From the human T2T-CHM13v2.0 reference genome, Homo sapiens, in assembly GCF_009914755.1 (NCBI RefSeq), contig NC_060947.1: 64,000 nt of DNA. One strand, 5' to 3'. The first letter of the stretch is position 1; each line of letters opens with the position of its first letter. The notes under the pieces are model-generated. The model saw only the letters and a list, made by a program, of their open reading frames with translations, ran no database searches and had not been told where the DNA came from. Made by a program: the position numbers and the translations under genes. Below are positions 56,346 to 64,000 of the stretch, piece after piece.

Positions 56346-59300
56346 AGACCCTAGAATAAATATACATGATCTCATTCTCTTCTGGTATTTCTCTTCACAC
56401 GTTTTGTGGACTTTGTAGAGGTCTTATACAGAGTCTTCAAGAGGTTGGCCTCTGAAGTCAGACATGGAATCTGACTGGTAGATGTGTAACTTTCAGCAAA
56501 ATAGTAATCTTTGAGACTTAATTTCCTCATTGGCAAAAGGAAGGCCGTAGCACCTATCTCACATATTTTTTTTTTTAGGATGAAATGAGAAAAGTTATGT
56601 AAAACATATAGTATTTGACACCATAGTAAATGTTAAATCAATTTTAGATTTCATTATTGTCATTATATTTATTGACTTACCATTTCTTACTACATCAACT
56701 CTCAAATCTCCTGTCTGATTTTCAAGGCCTATCATGATCTTTTCCCTTATCCAACCTTATTTTTCATTACAGTTTATAATATACTCCCTCCAGTCTAGCC
56801 TAGGTAAGCTTTCCTACAATCCCGTGAGCACTGCATACACATTTTGGCCCTCCATCTTGATTAGAATTTTGTGGATTCAAGTCTTTGCTCAATTCCAGCA
56901 AATGTTTACATTTATTCAGCAGATATTTATTCAGCAACTTCTAAGTACTCAAAAATTCTATTTATGCTGTTCTATTTCTATTCATGGAGGTGTACTGCCT
57001 ACAAAATCATTTTGTGCTAGACACTATGGCTAAAACCAAATAAAGACAAGGTTCTTCCCTTCATGGTGTTTACATACTGGTGAGAATAGCTAAATAGTCC
57101 TGTGAAACTTTCCCTTATTATAGTATCAAATACTGATTGTACCTTTCTTTGAACATTTGTAATATTTAGCCTCTCCCAGTTTCGTATCTGCATGTATTTG
57201 GTCTTATAGGCATTTTGTTTTATGACATTTTATCTGTTCTTTTTATTTGATTAAAGTCCCTTTTGAAGCAATAACTATATATTTGTTCATTCAACCAATT
57301 CATATGTTGATTTTATATGGTAACAAAAGTAACAGCTGCTCAATGTTGGAAACTTGAAAAACATAAAGAAAATAAAAATATGTCCACAGTTCTACCAGCA
57401 GGCCAGAACTGTGCTGGCTGAGCACAGAATAATGGTGTGTGTTTTGATTATTGTTGTTTTTACTATTTTCTTTCCTATATATATAATATGTTTTTAAAAA
57501 TAAATTTGGCATAGAACAATGACTTGTAAGAGTACAATTTTTGAATTGTAAATGATATGTTAAGGTTTGGATGTGAATCACGAAACTCTAAGCACAATTC
57601 ATGTTTCAATTGCTATGGTAAAGTTTTCATTTCATGAAGATACTGAATTTTTAAAATACTAAAAAACCTGATTAAATAAACACTAGCTAATAACTAAAAA
57701 AAAAGTTGGTTAAAATAAAAAAGTAAGTTGGGCTTATTCTACATATAGTTTTATTTCTTACTGTTTGATCACTTATCAAGCAGTTTCCCATGTTAACATT
57801 CTTAGTTTTAAAACGTTATTTTAAAATGATTACATACAACTTGTATTTATACACACTCCAATTTATTTACCTGTTCACTTTTGTAGAGTATATTTTAAAA
57901 TGTCAAGATTTGTTAGCCATCGTAAGAAGTGCTGCCATGAACATTTCTTATTCCATATTTTTATTATTTTATTGCTACAGCCGCCTTCATGGGGAATTAG
58001 TGGGTTAAACGCTATAAGTATTTTTCAAGTCTTTGATACATACAGTAGACCCTGATATTTAAAAAGGCTATATCAACAGAGAAATTATGGTAACTTTTTT
58101 AGTGGTTACTATGTTATATCCTGTTAGGTAGCTAATGTTATTTCCACTTTTATATACAAGGAATCAGAAGCCCACATTGGTTAAATAACTTGCCAAAGGT
58201 CGTGCAGTTGATACATGATTGGGCCAAGATTTAAACCAAGGCTCTAGAACCTGCTCATGAGATTCTCCTCAATCCCTATTTCATACATGGTAGATAATAG
58301 AGAAAAGTAAAGTCATGATGAAAAGTTGAATAATTCTCATTGCCCTTTCTGTAAACCCTTCTGTGACTGGTCACTTAAGATGATTCTGAAGAAAGACTCT
58401 CCATTGGCTCATCTTTTAATAAGTCTTTACCATAACTGCCTAGGCCGTTCATCCTTAAGGGCTTAAATTTTAATTTTGTGCACAATATATCCTCCTACTT
58501 TTCTCCCCTGGGCAGAAGGTGGAGCTTGCCCTCCACAAATACCTCTCCTACTGATCTCTTCCCAGCTATAACAGTGGTATAACATACTCAAATTCATTGA
58601 CATTCTCCCTCCCCCAGAAGAGTTTTGTGCATATGCATCTGAAATGAGAGCCCCTTCTGACCACTTTCCCCACCCCTCTCACCAGCCCCTGCACTGTAGC
58701 TGTCTTTCAGGCTTACACTTAAATGGCTGTGTCTTTACCTAGTATTGTCCCTAGCTTTCATCTCTCCCTTAGTGATACTCAGAAACTTCCCTTCATTAAT
58801 TCTTAATCTTTTTTTTCCACTTTGGGGAGATAATATCACAGCCTCAATTCCCTCTTTTTAGAAAATTAAACTGGTTAGTACATACGGAATGTGAGGTCCC
58901 CCATCCATTTTGTACCACTCCCAATTTGTAACATACTCACTTTACCTTCTCCTCACATTTCCTCAGTAGCCAAATGACATCATTGCCTGTTTGCCAGCCC
59001 TATAGCTTGCGCAATTGAAATTTATTTCTCTGCAAAGTCACAAACTGTTATGCATTGTGGTTTTTCCAGGTGGCATTTGAATAGCTGAACTTTAAGCTCC
59101 TGAGTGATAGGGATCTGCTCTTGCCAAATTACTTTCCAGAATGGTTTTACCAATTATACTCCTATCAGTAGTGTATAAGAGTGCCTGTGAGACAGACTTA
59201 ATTTTTCTTTCCTATCTACTACAGTGACTATGGAATTGATGCTCAATTGATTGCCAGTTGGTTGGCTGATTTGGTCTTAGTCTCTAATGATTTTCTTTTA

Positions 59301-60224
59301 CAAATGTAATCATTCCATCATCTCATCCCCTTGTGATGATAGCAGCTACGGAACAGAAGTAATTTTTGAAAATGTATTCTTTCTAATTAACATTATAAAT
59401 GAACCACCCAGACACTTAGCTAAATCTTTATTATAAAGATTTGTTTTTAAATAGCAGTAATTCTTGAGGATTTTAGAGAAACACCTTCAGTGTGATATGT
59501 GACACATAGGCTTCTTTCATTTTAACAAACCAGATTCTCATTTTATGCAACTTGAACTTATTTACCTCCATAGTCTGTCCAGGTCCACCCACACTTTGTG
59601 CCTTTAGCAGCTTCTGCTGGCCTTTAACCAAAAGGGCAGTCTATGATGGTACTTGCTACCCTGTTGAAATGGGAACCTTAAATCCCTTGCTTTTCATTAA
59701 TTAAAGACAGTCAAAGGCAAATGTTATAAAAGAAACAGGCTTTTGCTAAATTTAATTTTTAACTTTTTTATTTTAATGAATCTGTTATAAATGTCAGATG
59801 CTTACTAACTTGTAGAGAATGTAAGTACCATTTACAAGCAAGTTCTATTCTGGTTAATGGAATTGTGTTTTTGACAGTAATAAAATAAGACTTCAAGAAA
59901 TTCTGTTAAGGAATTTGTATCATGCTATAATTCAATCAAATAATATTTTTCCTGTATATAGGAGAACTGGCTGGTTTGCTTTCAAAATTTCTTACAGTGT
60001 ATATGACATTAATTGAGTACTGAAAGAGATATGGAACTTTGAGAGGGGCAGTGGTATTAGGAGTGGGACATGACTGATGAATTATTTAGTATATTCTGTG
60101 TTTACAAGCCCTCCAAAAGCTTGCTAAAGGAGGACTGGTCCTTCTCTGTCCATATTCTCACAATTTAATTGATGTAGTAAAATGTTTCTGTATGTGGAAG
60201 ATAGTCATGGTGGTGTCTGTTTAT

Positions 60225-60760
60225 ATTAGATAGGTTGTTTTTCTTGCAAGTGCTAAAAAACACTATCTGTCTTAAACAATAAAAACAATTTTTAGCTCAC
60301 ATAACAAGAAGTTTGGAGGTTGATTATCTCCAAAGTTAATTAATTCAGCCAAATAATGACACTAGTAAGGGCCAGAGTTTGTTCCATTTTTCTGTACTGC
60401 CATACTCTGCCTATCAACTTGCCCTCTAATATTAGTGCCCCTCATACTCTCAAGATGGCTGCTGCAGTTCCAGGAATCACATGCAGACACTGCAATGCCC
60501 ACTAGAAAGAGAGTATGAACTATTCATGTGTATCTCTTTTTACTAGCAATGGAAACTTTCTAAGGAGTCCCACAGCACCACCCTGAAAACACCTCTTATT
60601 TATCATTGGTTGAAATTGTGTTATATGTATATGCCTACACCAGTACATTGGCAAGTGGTATACGGACATAAACGTAGAGTTAGTCCAGTCACTCACACAA
60701 CCACCTCTCCCTGCCCTGCGTCTGGCCAAAACACATTGCTACCTAGAAAAGTTGGAGGGT
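60225..60760 (-). mobile_element. Old MaLR LTR (MLT1J/K-like)
   Basis: ttagctcacataacaagaagt; caagatggctgctgcagttccaggaatcacatgcagac. Confidence 0.65.
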
Positions 60761-61089
60761 GGAAAATATGTAAATAAACTCATGATGTTTTGGGGGGAAG
60801 GAAGAAACAGTTTCTATTTCACAACCTCATGAGTTTGTCCTCAGGATCAGTTGATACAAAAGATTTGTAAGAAACTGGTGTATTTGTTAAATGTGATATA
60901 TTACTTATCTAGGGAAACGAATGTTTTGTATAGTTCTACAAATGAAAGTTGTTGACTGTTCATAGGCATTTTAGAGCTGGAGGGACATTAGTGATCTTTT
61001 AGGTCAGTAGTTCTCAAACTGTGGTCTGTGGACCCCTACGGTTCCTGAAATCCTATTAGAGAACATGAGGAATATTTTAACAGTAATAT

Positions 61090-61465
61090 TATCTTAGTCT
61101 GTTTGGGCTGCCATAACAAAATACCTCAGGCTGGGTGGCATATAAACAACAAATTATATCTCATTGTTCTGAAAGCTGAGAAGCCTAAGATCAAGGCAGA
61201 TCAAACCTAAGATTCAGTGTCTGGTGAGGGCCCTCTTTCTGGTTCACAGATGTTATGGTCTCTCTGTGACCTCACATGGTGAAAGGGGAAAGGCGTTTTT
61301 TTCTCTGGAGCGTCTTTTACAAGGGCACTAATCTCATTCATGAGGGCTTCTCCCCGTGACATAATCATCTCCCAAAGGCCCCACCTCCTAATGCCATCAC
61401 CTTGAAGATTATAATTTTAAAACATATGAATTTTTTTGGAGGGGACATAAACATGTATCATAGCA
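61090..61465 (-). mobile_element. MaLR solo LTR (MLT1A/MST-like)
   Basis: tatcttagtctgtttgggctgccataacaaaatacc...catagca, with 5-bp TSD aatat/aatac. Confidence 0.85.
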
Positions 61466-61802
61466 AATACGAAGAATGTTTACTTTTCTCACTATGTTGA
61501 CATTTGCACTGATGGTGAGTAAAATTACTGGTGCAGTGTACCACATTTTCTTAGTAGTTGTATTCGTCATACTCTCAGGGGGGAGAAAGCCAGTTTTACC
61601 TCAGAGGGTCCTCAATGTAGCATTAATTTATATTAATTGAATTTTGACCCTTGAGTGTATGTCTTTTTAATATTACATATGACAAAATTGGAAGTATACA
61701 CAAAGCACTTATGTACGCTGAAGTAAGATAGTTGTTTCTAGGAAAAGCACTTGTGCAATTGTTTGAGTTACGAGCTGAACCAGTTGATTTTTGCATGGAA
61801 CG

Positions 61803-61935
61803 CTTTTTTGTTTGTTTTAGATACAGGGTCTTGCTGTGTTGCCCCAGCTGGTCTTGAACTCCTGGCCTCAAGAGGTCCTCCTGCTTCAGCCCCCCAAAGA
61901 GCTGGGATTACAGGCATGAGCCACCAAGCCCAGCC
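61803..61935 (-). mobile_element. Alu left monomer (FLAM-like)
   Basis: Antisense single arm of about 130 bp with a T tail. Confidence 0.85.
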
Positions 61936-62367
61936 AAAATTCATTTTTACTTGAAAAACAACTGAGACAAACTGTGGTTATTTATACTTGGGTATTTGGC
62001 GGGCATTTTCTTGAAAATGAGTAGAATTAGCCTACCACTTCAGGGAAAACTACTGGCAGTATTTGTGGCCAATGAAAAATTTGAGCTTTTCAAGTAAGAA
62101 TGAGAATTTTGGAAAACTTGAACCTGACACCAAGAGTGTGACAGCTTCCCAAATCTTAGACTTTTCTAATGAAGCTGGTAATTATATTAATGTGTATTTT
62201 TTATATTGTACAATAAATTGTGTTAACATTTGGAAGCTCTGCATAGGTCAGTGAACTAATGTTTTCCAAATGACTAATACACAGTGTTACAAAATCATGC
62301 ATAGGGAAAAGATCCCTTCAAAGGGCAAGATAGATCGAGTTTAATGTAATTGAATAAAAAAAGCTAG

Positions 62368-64000
<1,633 letters not shown>

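Larger units (their letters stand above)
61005..62365. mobile_element. Charlie1-like hAT DNA transposon, interrupted by a MaLR LTR and an Alu monomer, and cut by the L1PA
   Basis: Starts cagtagttctcaaactgtggtc; internal gacatttgcactgatggtg, ctaggaaaagcacttgtgcaattgtttgagtt and gacaaactgtggttatttatacttgggtatttggc. Confidence 0.75.

Overview
Human (or near-identical great-ape) genomic DNA containing the head-to-head COL4A6/COL4A5 type IV collagen gene pair; the Xq22 location is recalled knowledge, not read from the sequence. Minus strand: two alternative COL4A6 first coding exons (MLINK-type, 50900-50913; MHPG-type, 49728-49738) splice in the same phase onto a shared exon 2 (49484-49535), followed by the large intron 2 that fills 1-49483. 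Plus strand: COL4A5 exon 1 (signal peptide, 51668-51748) and the start of intron 1. A shared bidirectional promoter lies at about 50950-51660. The rest is intronic and repeat-rich: two collinear minus-strand L1PA elements at the window edges, older L1M/L2/MIR fragments, about 14 Alu-family elements, MaLR LTRs, MER30, hAT-Charlie elements, a MADE1 and a Ricksha-type MULE. Nearly all supplied ORFs are repeat-derived or chance. I cannot demonstrate a new biological system. The best leads are a probable ancient L1 3' transduction that splits a MIR, short uORFs ahead of all three start codons, the collinear L1 pair bracketing the promoter, a frameshifted ORF0-like remnant in the left L1, and a MADE1 split by an L1. 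Repeat subfamily names and boundaries were assigned by eye and need RepeatMasker/Dfam confirmation.
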